From Acidimicrobiia bacterium (GTDB taxonomy: Bacteria > Actinomycetota > Acidimicrobiia > Spongiisociales > UBA11373), in NCBI GenBank assembly GCA_030584185.1, contig CP129495.1, positions 1,079,628-1,143,627 of the forward strand: 64,000 nt of DNA, given 5' to 3'. The position numbers were made by a program, and so were the translations under genes. The notes beneath the pieces are model-generated. The model was given only the letters and a program-made list of their open reading frames with translations, was not told the origin of the DNA and searched no databases. Positions 37,252-46,119 of the stretch are shown in pieces (position 1 is the first letter of the stretch; each line of letters starts with the position of its first letter).

Positions 37252-37337
37252 GGTCACCTCCTTCCCGCCCGGAGTGTACGAACGTGCTGCCGTCGAGCGA
37301 TCGAGGCGTCACCGCCTCCGGCTACATTCGGCCGGAG

Positions 37338-37922
37338 ATGAGCCGCTCCGCCAAGATCGCCTTCATCGGGTCCCACTCGGTGCGAAAGACCAACGCCGTG
37401 CACTCCTTCGCCGGCGCAGTCGGGCGCAGCGGACGAAGCGTCGAAGTGGGTCGGGAGGTGGTTCGCTTCAATCCCCTCGGCCTCAACGAGGGAGCGTCCG
37501 CCGAGGCGCAGCTCTGGGTGCTGGTCACCCAGATCCAGCAGGAGCTGGAGCTTGCGGACCGATGCGACGTCCTGGTCACCGATCGGGCGGTGGTGGACAA
37601 CTACGCGTACTTCCTGCGTGTCACCGACGGGGCCGATCCCTTCGGCGTCGAGGCCCTGGTGAGACGATGGGCCTCCACCTACGACCTCTTCGTGCGGCTG
37701 CTCCCCGACGTCGCCCTCCAGGCCGACGGCGTGCGCTCGGTCAACGACGCCTTTCGCCAGGAGATCGAAGAGATCCTGGACCGGCTGCTGCCCGACTTCA
37801 TCGCCGATGAGAGGCTGATCACCATTCCGGCTTCCCAGGTGAGCGACCGATTCGACTGGGGCGCCCTGGTGGAGCGTCTCTTCACCGAAGAGACGGCGGG
37901 CGCCGTACCGGGCCCGACCTAA
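37338..37922 (+). CDS. P-loop ATPase/kinase-like protein (AAA_28-like)
   Basis: divergent from selD; N-terminal KIAFIGSHSVRKT (deviant P-loop), DRAVVDNYAY; weak family assignment. Confidence 0.45.
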   Translation: MSRSAKIAFIGSHSVRKTNAVHSFAGAVGRSGRSVEVGREVVRFNPLGLNEGASAEAQLWVLVTQIQQELELADRCDVLVTDRAVVDNYAYFLRVTDGADPFGVEALVRRWASTYDLFVRLLPDVALQADGVRSVNDAFRQEIEEILDRLLPDFIADERLITIPASQVSDRFDWGALVERLFTEETAGAVPGPT

Positions 37923-37931
37923 CCTGGCGAG

Positions 37932-39137
37932 ATGATCGGGGTCGAGGAGTTCCGTGCCGAGGCCCGGGATTGGCTTGCCGCCAACGTTCCTCTTCGCAGC
38001 GGTGACGACAACCCGGCGGTGCTGTTTCCCGAGAGGCGCGACGAACCCGCCTATGTGGCCGAGGCCAAGCGATGGCAAAGGCGCATCGCCGAGGCCGGGT
38101 TTGCCGGGATCACCTGGCCCGGCGAGTACGGCGGTCGCGACCTGACGACGGCGCACCAGGTGGCCTGGGTACGGGAGGCCGCCGCCTACGACCTCCCCCT
38201 CGAGCTGTTCGCCATCGGCGTGGGCATGGGAGGGCCCACCGTGCTCGCCTGGGGCACCCTGGAGCAGAAGGAGAGGTGGCTGCGCCCCATGCTGCGCGGC
38301 GACGAGATCTGGTGCCAGCTGTTCTCCGAGCCCAACGCAGGCAGCGACGTCGCCGGCATCCAGACGCGTGCAACCGCCGACGGCGACGAGTGGATCGTGC
38401 ACGGACAGAAGGTGTGGACCAGCGGCGCCCATCTCTCCAGGTGGGGGATGCTGATAGCCCGCACCGACCCGGAGGCACCGAAGCATGCCGGGATCACCTA
38501 CTTCATCCTCGACATGGAACAGCCCGGGGTGGAGGTGAGACCGCTGCGACAGATGACCGGCGGCGCCAACTTCAACGAGGTGTTCCTGGATGGAGCCCGG
38601 ATCCCGGCCGCACAGATGCTCGGTGAGCCGGGAATGGGCTGGTCGGTGGCGCTGACGACGCTCATGAACGAGCGCACCTCGATAGGTGCCCTTGGTGGCC
38701 TGTCCAGTGGAGCCGGGATGGCGGCCCTTCGTCGGCTCCTCGGCGAGGTCGAGGACCGCCTCCGAGCCGATCCGATGCAGGACACGGTGACCCGGCAGGC
38801 TCTAGCCGACATCTACGTGCGCGCCCGCGTGCTCGAGTTCCACGGGGGGAGGATCCTGGCCAAGATGGAGCGGGGCGAGATCCCCACCGCCGAGGGTTCG
38901 GTTGCCAAGCTCGCTCTCGGCGACCTGCTCGAGAGGCTCGCCTCCTTCGGTGTGGGAGTCCAGGGAAGCACTGGGATGCTCGCCGGGGACGACGCCATCG
39001 GCGACGGCCAGTGGACGCAGGTGCTTCTGGGATGGCCCGGGCTTCGTATCGCCGGAGGCACCGACGAGATCATGCGCAACGTCATCGGCGAACGCGTCCT
39101 CGGCCTCCCTCGAGAGCCGCGTCCCACCGGCACCTGA
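37932..39137 (+). CDS. acyl-CoA dehydrogenase family protein
   Basis: 401 aa; ACAD motifs QLFSEPNAGSDVAGIQTRA, WTSGAH, C-terminal four-helix domain. Confidence 0.85.
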   Translation: MIGVEEFRAEARDWLAANVPLRSGDDNPAVLFPERRDEPAYVAEAKRWQRRIAEAGFAGITWPGEYGGRDLTTAHQVAWVREAAAYDLPLELFAIGVGMGGPTVLAWGTLEQKERWLRPMLRGDEIWCQLFSEPNAGSDVAGIQTRATADGDEWIVHGQKVWTSGAHLSRWGMLIARTDPEAPKHAGITYFILDMEQPGVEVRPLRQMTGGANFNEVFLDGARIPAAQMLGEPGMGWSVALTTLMNERTSIGALGGLSSGAGMAALRRLLGEVEDRLRADPMQDTVTRQALADIYVRARVLEFHGGRILAKMERGEIPTAEGSVAKLALGDLLERLASFGVGVQGSTGMLAGDDAIGDGQWTQVLLGWPGLRIAGGTDEIMRNVIGERVLGLPREPRPTGT

Positions 39138-39358
39138 CCCCCACCGGACGGTCATCGGGATGTCGCTCACAGCCGGTTAGCATTCCGACCCGGTGACCTC
39201 CCCCAGGGTCACCCACCCGCAGGCGCTCGTGCCCCCCACGAGGGCCTGCCACCCACCGGGATCGGCCCGCGGCTGCCTTGCAGTTGCGGGCCGATCCTCT
39301 TTCTCCGTGGCAGGAGACCTGCCCCGCCTCCCGAACGCGGTGCTTGAATCGGCCCGGC

Positions 39359-40735
39359 ATGAAGATCCGTCTGCGCCGTCCCCGCGACCTCGCAATCGCA
39401 CTGCGCGAGCTGGCCCGTCGCCGCCCCGATGAGGCCGCCGACTACCTCGATGCCCACGAGGAGGAGTGGGCTTCGCTCGCCGAGGCCGACCCCCAGAACG
39501 CCGCCGACATCCTCGAGGCGATCCCGGAGGAGGACGCCGCCGACCTGATCTCCGAGCTGACACCGGGTGAGGCGGCCGAGGTGCTCGAGGAGATGCAGGA
39601 CGCCGCCGCCGCCGACATCCTCGAAGAGCTGACCGCCGCCGAGGCCGCCGCCGCCGTCACCGAGCTCCCGCCCGAGGAGGCTGCCGACATCGTCGGTCTG
39701 ATGCCCGAGGACTCGCGTCAGGCCATCTTCGAGGAGATGGATGAGGAACGGGTCGAGGAGATCCTCGACCTGCTCCGGCACCCGCCGGACTCGGCGGGCG
39801 GACTGATGACCCCGGGTCCGGCGACGCTGCCATCGGGGATCACCGCCGGCGAGGCCATCGAGGCTTTGCGGCGCCTCCACGAGGGTCTCGAGGAGATGAA
39901 CTACGTCTACGTGACCGAACTGGATGGCCGGCTCACCGGTGTGGTCTCGTTTCGCGACCTGGTCTTCGCCCGGCCACTCACCTCCCTTGCCGAGGTCATG
40001 GTCCCCAACCCGGTCGCCGTGGGGCCCGAGACCGACCGAGAGGAGGTCGCCGAGCTGATCCAGCGATACGGGCTGTTGGCGCTGCCGGTGGTCGACGAGG
40101 CCGGGGTGCTGCTGGGCATCGTCACCATCGACGACGTGATCGAGGCGGTGCAGCGTGAAGCATCCGAGGACATCGCGGCGATGGTCGGCGCCGGCGTCGA
40201 GGAGACCATCTACACCACCTGGTACCAATCGGTGCTTCACCGGCTCCCCTGGACGGTGTTCAACCTGGCGAGCGCCTTCTTCGTGGCCCTGGTGGTGAGC
40301 CGCTTCGAGCCGGTGATCGGGCGGATCGCCGTACTCGCCGCCTACATGCCGGTGGTGGCATCGGTGGGTGGCAACAGCGGGGCCCAGAGCCAGGCGGTTG
40401 TGATCCGCTCGATGGCGGTCGAGGAGATCCCTTCGCACATGGTCCGCCGCCTGTTGGGCCGGTCGCTCCTGATCGGGTTCGTGAACGGCCTGGCCGTGGC
40501 CGCGATGTCGGGGTTGGTGGCTGCCTTCTTCACCGGGCGGGCAGACATCGGCGTGGTCATCGGGCTGGCCGCCCTGGCCAACCTGGTGATCGCCAACCTG
40601 GCGGGGAGCGGAATCCCCCTGCTTCTGCATCGGCTAGGGCAGGACCCGGCGATGGCATCGAACATCTTCATGACGATGATCACCGACATGGTCGGGTTCG
40701 GCGGGTTCCTGGCGATCGCCACGCTGCTGCTCTGA
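39359..40735 (+). CDS. mgtE: magnesium transporter MgtE
   Basis: N-domain acidic helices, tandem CBS domains, 5-TM C-terminus with PVVASVGGNSGAQS and MITDMVGF motifs; start at MKIRLRRP. Confidence 0.85.
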   Translation: MKIRLRRPRDLAIALRELARRRPDEAADYLDAHEEEWASLAEADPQNAADILEAIPEEDAADLISELTPGEAAEVLEEMQDAAAADILEELTAAEAAAAVTELPPEEAADIVGLMPEDSRQAIFEEMDEERVEEILDLLRHPPDSAGGLMTPGPATLPSGITAGEAIEALRRLHEGLEEMNYVYVTELDGRLTGVVSFRDLVFARPLTSLAEVMVPNPVAVGPETDREEVAELIQRYGLLALPVVDEAGVLLGIVTIDDVIEAVQREASEDIAAMVGAGVEETIYTTWYQSVLHRLPWTVFNLASAFFVALVVSRFEPVIGRIAVLAAYMPVVASVGGNSGAQSQAVVIRSMAVEEIPSHMVRRLLGRSLLIGFVNGLAVAAMSGLVAAFFTGRADIGVVIGLAALANLVIANLAGSGIPLLLHRLGQDPAMASNIFMTMITDMVGFGGFLAIATLLL

Positions 40736-40794
40736 TACCGGCGGGCTGCCGCCGCTCAGGAAGACCCCGAGCGTGACGATGGAGGGGCCGGGGG

Positions 40795-41661
40795 GTGCCT
40801 GGTCGACGACCGCCGCTGGTAGCGTGGCCCGGCCCTCACCGGGAGACGCCGACCTTGCGGATCTGGGATCAGGTGCGCCGCATTGGCCGCGGAGTGCGGC
40901 GATGGCCCACGAGGACCATCGAACGCGGCCTTGTGGAGTCGCCCTACCACGCCCCGGAGGTGGAAGCCGGGGTCAGATCGGAGCTGGCCGCTCCCTCACC
41001 GACTGCGGCGGGCCAGGACAGATTCGACGCCCGCCGCATCGCCGTGGCGATCGAGTACATCCGCCGATTCGACCTCTCTCGGGGGACGGTGATGGAGGCG
41101 GGGAGCCTCGACAACCCGGCGGCCCGCCTGATCTGGGAGCGGTTCCCCGATGCGCGGCCTCGACCGGCGCTCAACGACTTCCGGAAGGAGCCGCTGCAGT
41201 TCGAAGACGGCTCGGTCGACTCGGTCGTGTGCCTGGAGGTGCTCGAGCACCTCTCCGACATCGAGTACCGCCACGCCACGACGCTCAGCGGGCTGTTCTA
41301 CTTCCTGGAAGAGGTGTACCGGGTGCTTGGCGTCGGTGGACGGGCACTGTTCACCACACCCAACGCGGCATCGCTGCTGACCATCGGAAGAGCCCTGGAA
41401 CACGAACCACCCATGCAGTACCCGTGGCACTTTCGCGAGTACAGCGTCGGCGAGCTGCGTCGGATCCTGGAGCACGTCGGGTTCCGCGTCGTTTCGTTGC
41501 GCACCGAGTTCGTGTGGAGGACCTGGGACCTGGGCCGTCTCGCTCGATCGGTCTCCCGGCTCGGCCACTCGCTCGAAAACCGGGGGGATGACATCTTCGC
41601 AGTGGTGGAGAAGCCGGCCGAGAGGGTCCGACCTCCCCATGGCCTCGATCTCCCAGTGTGA
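40795..41661 (+). CDS. class I SAM-dependent methyltransferase (type 11)
   Basis: C-terminal MTase fold (VVCLEVLEHL, GGRALFTTPN); first ~50 aa Arg-rich and may not be coding (GTG 40933 alternative start). Confidence 0.6.
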   Translation: MPGRRPPLVAWPGPHRETPTLRIWDQVRRIGRGVRRWPTRTIERGLVESPYHAPEVEAGVRSELAAPSPTAAGQDRFDARRIAVAIEYIRRFDLSRGTVMEAGSLDNPAARLIWERFPDARPRPALNDFRKEPLQFEDGSVDSVVCLEVLEHLSDIEYRHATTLSGLFYFLEEVYRVLGVGGRALFTTPNAASLLTIGRALEHEPPMQYPWHFREYSVGELRRILEHVGFRVVSLRTEFVWRTWDLGRLARSVSRLGHSLENRGDDIFAVVEKPAERVRPPHGLDLPV

Positions 41662-41801
41662 GGGGAGGTCACCGACGCGGCGCCAGGCGGGCCGGCGCCC
41701 GGCGACGGCTACGGATTCGTTGGAGAGAGAAGGTGGCCCCGACCGCGCGGTTCTGCTCGGTCACGGCCATGCCATAGGCTGCGAACGCCACAGGAGGTGG
41801 G

Positions 41802-42824
41802 ATGGGCAGAGCGCGACTCGAGGCTTCCCGGCAGCAGATCCTGACCTTTCGCAGGAGGGTGGGTGCCCTCGATCGACGGCTGCCGGAAGGCAGCGAGTCC
41901 CTGCGGGCCGCCGCCTGGGCGGGCCTGCAGGATTCGATGCCGCGGGCGGCGCTGCTCTCGATCAACGCCCGTGTCACCGCCACGGATCCACGAGCATGGC
42001 AGCACCACACTCTGGTGCAGGTGTGGGGTCCGCGCTACAGCGCATACGTGGTGGCCGAGGTCGATCGGCATGTGTTCACGATGGGGCGTCTCCCCGACTC
42101 CACCGCGGCCCGGCGACGCGCCTTCGAGCTCGCCGATCGGCTCGAGGCCCTGCTCGACGGGGCGGAGATGGAGTACGCTGCCGCCGGTCGCGCCCTCGGT
42201 GAGCCACCCAACAGGCTCCGGTACGCCACCACCAGCGGGCGGGTGCTGATCAGATGGACGGGTGCCGGCCGGCCCACCATCAGGGCGGTGCCGGCACCCT
42301 CGGTCGATGCCCAGGTCGCCCGGCTCGAGCTGGCGCGCAGGTACCTTCGCGTGTTCGGTCCGGGCAGTCACCGATCCTTCGCCACCTGGGCCGGGGTCAC
42401 ACCGAAACAGGCCGCTGCCACTCTCGCCGCGCTCGGTGCCGACCTGATCCCTGTGTCGACTCCGCTGGGCGAAACCTGGCTGTTGGCGGACGATGAACCC
42501 TTGCTCCGACTCTCGCCGGAGTCTTCTCCCGAAGCCCGACTCCTCCCCAGCGGCGACGCCTACTACCTGCTCCAGGGACCGGACCGGGGCCTTCTCGTTC
42601 CCGACGCCCGGCATCGTTCGACGCTGTGGACCTCCCGGGTGTGGCCCGGAGCCGTGCTGGTCTCCGGCGAGATCGTCGGGACCTGGCGTCGGGCGCAGCA
42701 CCGGATCACCATCAGTCCTTGGCGACGTCTGTCCACCGCCGAGTCGGGGAAGGTGGAGGCCGAGGCGGCTGCACTGCCGCTTCCCGATGTCGAAGCGGAG
42801 GTCGCGATCGACTGGGAGAGGTGA
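41802..42824 (+). CDS. winged-helix DNA-binding domain protein (DUF1006/AlkZ-YcaQ-like)
   Basis: 340 aa; architecture and motif spacing reminiscent of HTH_42/AlkZ-like DNA glycosylases (QQILTFRRRVGAL ... LLQGPDRGLLVPD); low-certainty family call. Confidence 0.5.
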   Translation: MGRARLEASRQQILTFRRRVGALDRRLPEGSESLRAAAWAGLQDSMPRAALLSINARVTATDPRAWQHHTLVQVWGPRYSAYVVAEVDRHVFTMGRLPDSTAARRRAFELADRLEALLDGAEMEYAAAGRALGEPPNRLRYATTSGRVLIRWTGAGRPTIRAVPAPSVDAQVARLELARRYLRVFGPGSHRSFATWAGVTPKQAAATLAALGADLIPVSTPLGETWLLADDEPLLRLSPESSPEARLLPSGDAYYLLQGPDRGLLVPDARHRSTLWTSRVWPGAVLVSGEIVGTWRRAQHRITISPWRRLSTAESGKVEAEAAALPLPDVEAEVAIDWER

Positions 42825-42904
42825 CACCAGGACACCCGCTCCCGAACGACGCCAACCCGGCCGGGCGTCCGATCCGCTCGGCGAGCAGGACGAGCTCCCC
42901 TCTC

Positions 42905-43342
42905 TCAGAACATCGGCTCGCCCGGCAGCTCGCTCGCCTGTCTCACCCACTCGGCGAACTGCGCCTCGTCGAAATCCCCATCCTCGAAGACGTGGAGGTA
43001 ACGCACCGACTCCATCTTCGACTCCACGGGCGGGAGGGGCCGAAGCGATGAGCCATTGAAGAAGGCCACCTTCACGTACCTGGAGATGCAGTGGAAGTTC
43101 AGGAACCAGCCGGCGCCTTCGATCCCGTAGAACGGCGAGTTCCACCTCACGGCCTTGCGGACCTGGGGCACCGTGGCGACGACCAGGGCGTCGAGTCGGC
43201 GTCCCACGTCACCCTTCCACCCGGGCATGGCGGCGATGTAGGCCTGCACGGGAGCATCGCCGTCGCCCTTGGGCATCTGCGGGTTGCCGCCGGTGAGGAG
43301 AACCGGTTCCGATGCCTTGGACGACTTCTTGGATCCGACCAT
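42905..43342 (-). CDS. DUF1801 (YdhG-like) domain protein
   Basis: start MVGSKKSSKASEPVLLTGGNPQMPKGDGDAPVQAYIAAMPGWK typical of DUF1801 N-termini; ORF-track N-extension rejected. Confidence 0.55.
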   Translation of the reverse strand: MVGSKKSSKASEPVLLTGGNPQMPKGDGDAPVQAYIAAMPGWKGDVGRRLDALVVATVPQVRKAVRWNSPFYGIEGAGWFLNFHCISRYVKVAFFNGSSLRPLPPVESKMESVRYLHVFEDGDFDEAQFAEWVRQASELPGEPMF

Positions 43343-43442
43343 GACCACCCCCTCGGTGCTCGTCGTGCCCGTCAGGGTAGGAGGGCGGACTTGCTGGCGT
43401 CCCGACGGCGCTGCGCACTCGGGGCTCGCTCGACTACGGGAC

Positions 43443-43769
43443 TCAGTCGCAGGCGACGGCGACGGCGAGCGCCTCACAGATCTCTCGCATGCGGCCGCCG
43501 CTCAGACGGCCGAGTCTCTCGGTGAGCGTGCCGATGGAGACGCTCTCGACAGAGTCGAGGTTCACGGCCGAGTCGAGGGGCACCGGATCGCGCCCTGCGC
43601 TCAGAATCACTTCGCTGGGCAGGCGACGAACCCTCGTCGTGCATGGGGCGACCAGCGCACGTCGAAGACGCGGGATCGCGGGATCGCGGGAGAGAACGAC
43701 GACGGGACGCCGGCCTATCTCCGGGAGCTCACACCACCACACCTCGCCACGAGCAGGCAGGTCCCTCAC
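43443..43769 (-). CDS. type II toxin, MazF/PemK-family endoribonuclease
   Basis: GTG start; [23 protein letters not shown] ... VAPCTTRVR core; GTGA overlap with upstream antitoxin. Confidence 0.75.
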   Translation of the reverse strand: MRDLPARGEVWWCELPEIGRRPVVVLSRDPAIPRLRRALVAPCTTRVRRLPSEVILSAGRDPVPLDSAVNLDSVESVSIGTLTERLGRLSGGRMREICEALAVAVACD

Positions 43770-44002
43770 GATCGTCCTGCGGCCTCGCCAAAAGACGCCA
43801 GGTCCCCCCAGGCGTCCGGTTGGTCGAGAGGGTGCATGTCGTACGCCTCATAGGCGCGATCGAACTCCGCTGTCCGGTGGCGGCGAAGGAGTGCTTCGAG
43901 CGCCTCGTCGAGGAGGGTGGCGTCGTTGGTTCCGACCCGCACCTCCCGCGCCCTCGTCAAGAGAGCCTCATCGACGGTGGTGCTGACACGGATTCGCGGC
44001 AT
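43766..44002 (-). CDS. type II antitoxin (RHH/MazE-like)
   Basis: 78 aa from [21 protein letters not shown]...[11 protein letters not shown]; coordinates +/-1 (local register disagreement between my reading of the sequence lines and the ORF track near 43979). Confidence 0.6.
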   Translation of the reverse strand: MPRIRVSTTVDEALLTRAREVRVGTNDATLLDEALEALLRRHRTAEFDRAYEAYDMHPLDQPDAWGDLASFGEAAGRS

Positions 44003-44095
44003 GCCACAAGCATGCCACACCTGTGGCATGGAAACAACGGGGTCGACCGCGGACGCCACAGGTGACGGCTTCGTTCCCCACACACGCCCGGCCCC

Positions 44096-44470
44096 TCACT
44101 CCTCCAGGTCGACGAAGTGGACCGCCCGATAGCGCTCCCTGAGCTCGGCCATCGTGTCGTCGCCGGGGGTGGACTCCCAGGCCCAGCGGGCCAGGTCGAG
44201 CTGCGGCTCCCACCCGGCGCTGCCCAGTGCCTCGTCGACGCCGTTGCGCCAGTCGGGAAAGTCTCCGAGTCGGGACGAGTACCGGCGAGCCAGCCGGATC
44301 GCCAACCGGGTGGCCCGTCTCAGAGCCTTCATCGCCGTGCGGTCACCTTCGACCGCTGCCGCTGCTTCGGTGAACCACTCGCCGAGCAGCACCTCGTCCA
44401 CGGTGTCAGGCTGTTCGATGGCAGTTCGGTACAGGTCGTCGACCAGGGCGGCGGCAGACCTTCCGCTCAC
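44096..44470 (-). CDS. hypothetical protein translationally coupled to pckA
   Basis: GTG 44470 overlaps pckA stop (GTGA); 125 aa, helical acidic protein (AALVDDLYRTAIEQPDTVDEVLLGEWF...); ORF-track upstream 68 aa is antisense of pckA and rejected. Confidence 0.45.
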   Translation of the reverse strand: MSGRSAAALVDDLYRTAIEQPDTVDEVLLGEWFTEAAAAVEGDRTAMKALRRATRLAIRLARRYSSRLGDFPDWRNGVDEALGSAGWEPQLDLARWAWESTPGDDTMAELRERYRAVHFVDLEE

Positions 44471-45984
44471 ACCGCCGCCGAGATCTCCGCGAGCAGGTCG
44501 GGGTAGCGGGCGAGGTGGGCACGGCGCTCCTCGTGCAGCCGGGACACGATCTCGGCGTACTCCGCCGAACGCCCCTGCTCCTGGTAGAGAAGAGACGGAC
44601 GCAGCAGGCCTGCATCCTCGACCCCGGGCACCGACACCGCCACGTGGTACCCGAAGTCTGGATCCTCGTCCCACTCGACCGTTCCCGAGGCGACTGCGGC
44701 GACGATCGCCCCCGAAACCCCAGGGGTCACCTTGCGCGACCTCTCGTCGTCATCCGGCCCCCCCACGCGACCCGTGTTGAGGACGAACACCTCCAGGTCA
44801 CAGGTCTCCAGGATCTCGCGCAGCCGGTTTGCCTGCCACTCGTGGCGATACACGAAGAACGGATTGGTTCCGGGCACCCTGAGGAACTTTCCGGCCTCGG
44901 CCTTACCGCCGGCGCTGGTGCCCTGCGTCTCGCCGAGCATGAAGTAGGCGGCGGCCTGGTCCCTGGTGAGGCGGGCCACGGCAGGGATGATGTTGGCGTT
45001 ACGGTTGAGGATCAGCATGAAGTCGGCCCGATCCACCTCGGCGGGCGGCAGGAACCCCGGAATGTCGCGCCCCGAGATCACGGCCCTGCCGTTCTCGGTG
45101 TGGCTGCGATCGCTCCAGTCGACCCGGCCGTCCGGCCCCACCGCCACGTTCTCCAGGTACGACCCCGGTCGGGTGGCACCGTGCCAGACGGCGGGCTCCG
45201 AATCCGGGCTCAACCCGAACACCTTGGCGAAAGTGCCCGCCTCGGTCCCGTACACCCGGCCGCCGGGGAACAGGGCCACGAAGTCGTCCTGCACCGGGCG
45301 CCCATTCCCCGCCGGGGAGAACGTCGTGGTCGTCTTGCCGGTGCCGGAGAGCCCGACGACGAGACCGACCCTGCGATCCGGCCCCTCCCCCATCACCCGC
45401 AGGCCGCTGTGCATCGCCAGGCCACCCCGTCGGTACATGGCGGCGTCCCACATCCGCAGGCCACCCATCTTCGACTCGCCGAAGTAGTCGGAGTTGAGCA
45501 CCCGGGTCACACCGGCCTCCAGGTCGACGGCGATCACCCGATCGTCGGGGTACCCCGGCGCCGTCAGGTTCGGCGTGTAGATCACGGTCAGCTCGGGCTC
45601 GGCGTCGTCGTCGGCCGGGAAGAAGAGAAGCCTTTGCTTGGCGGCGATGTTGGCGTTCGACTTCTCGACGACCAGCCGGGTGCGCATGCGGGCATCGGGG
45701 TGATCGCCGATGTACCCGTCGAGCACGATCACGTCGCACCCGGTCAGGTACTCATCCTGGCGGACGGCCAGCGCCTGGTACGCGGCGCGGTCGATTGTGG
45801 GATCGGTGTGGCGCTCCGGCGTGTCGGAAACCACGAAGGTGGACGACTTCGACCGGGCGGTCACCGAGGTGATGACATCGAGGTTGTCGTACTCGGTGAC
45901 ATGCGCGTTGGGCTGGGTCTCGGCCAGTCGGCGCAGCTCCTCGCCGCCCGGGTTTGCCAGCGCCGATCGCGTTCTGATCTCCAT
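44467..45984 (-). CDS. pckA: phosphoenolpyruvate carboxykinase (ATP)
   Basis: 505 aa; ATP-PEPCK kinase-1a motif GLSGTGKTT, PEPCK-specific domain NTGRVGG. Confidence 0.9.
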   Translation of the reverse strand: MEIRTRSALANPGGEELRRLAETQPNAHVTEYDNLDVITSVTARSKSSTFVVSDTPERHTDPTIDRAAYQALAVRQDEYLTGCDVIVLDGYIGDHPDARMRTRLVVEKSNANIAAKQRLLFFPADDDAEPELTVIYTPNLTAPGYPDDRVIAVDLEAGVTRVLNSDYFGESKMGGLRMWDAAMYRRGGLAMHSGLRVMGEGPDRRVGLVVGLSGTGKTTTTFSPAGNGRPVQDDFVALFPGGRVYGTEAGTFAKVFGLSPDSEPAVWHGATRPGSYLENVAVGPDGRVDWSDRSHTENGRAVISGRDIPGFLPPAEVDRADFMLILNRNANIIPAVARLTRDQAAAYFMLGETQGTSAGGKAEAGKFLRVPGTNPFFVYRHEWQANRLREILETCDLEVFVLNTGRVGGPDDDERSRKVTPGVSGAIVAAVASGTVEWDEDPDFGYHVAVSVPGVEDAGLLRPSLLYQEQGRSAEYAEIVSRLHEERRAHLARYPDLLAEISAAV

Positions 45985-46119
45985 CGGAACCTTCCGAAGT
46001 CGGGAGGCGACAGTCTACGGAAGGTGTGAGGGGTCGCGTCCTGCCGGTCCGATCCCACCCGCCACGGGCGAACCTGCGATCGCGGGCCGTCGCTCCGGCC
46101 GGTCACGTACGCTCGCGCC

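Noticed and set aside
39138-39358. M-box riboswitch call
   Set aside because: Only a partial GGTTAG element; the conserved CTGCTGCCC core is absent. Kept only as a low-interest finding.
43975-44085. 1-nt register disagreement between my codon reading of the printed lines and ORF-track coordinates for the 43766-44083 antitoxin ORF
   Set aside because: The disagreement cannot be resolved by eye, so ORF-track coordinates were used for that gene and +/-1 should be assumed locally.
44515-46029. 504-aa plus-strand ORF
   Set aside because: Antisense to pckA.
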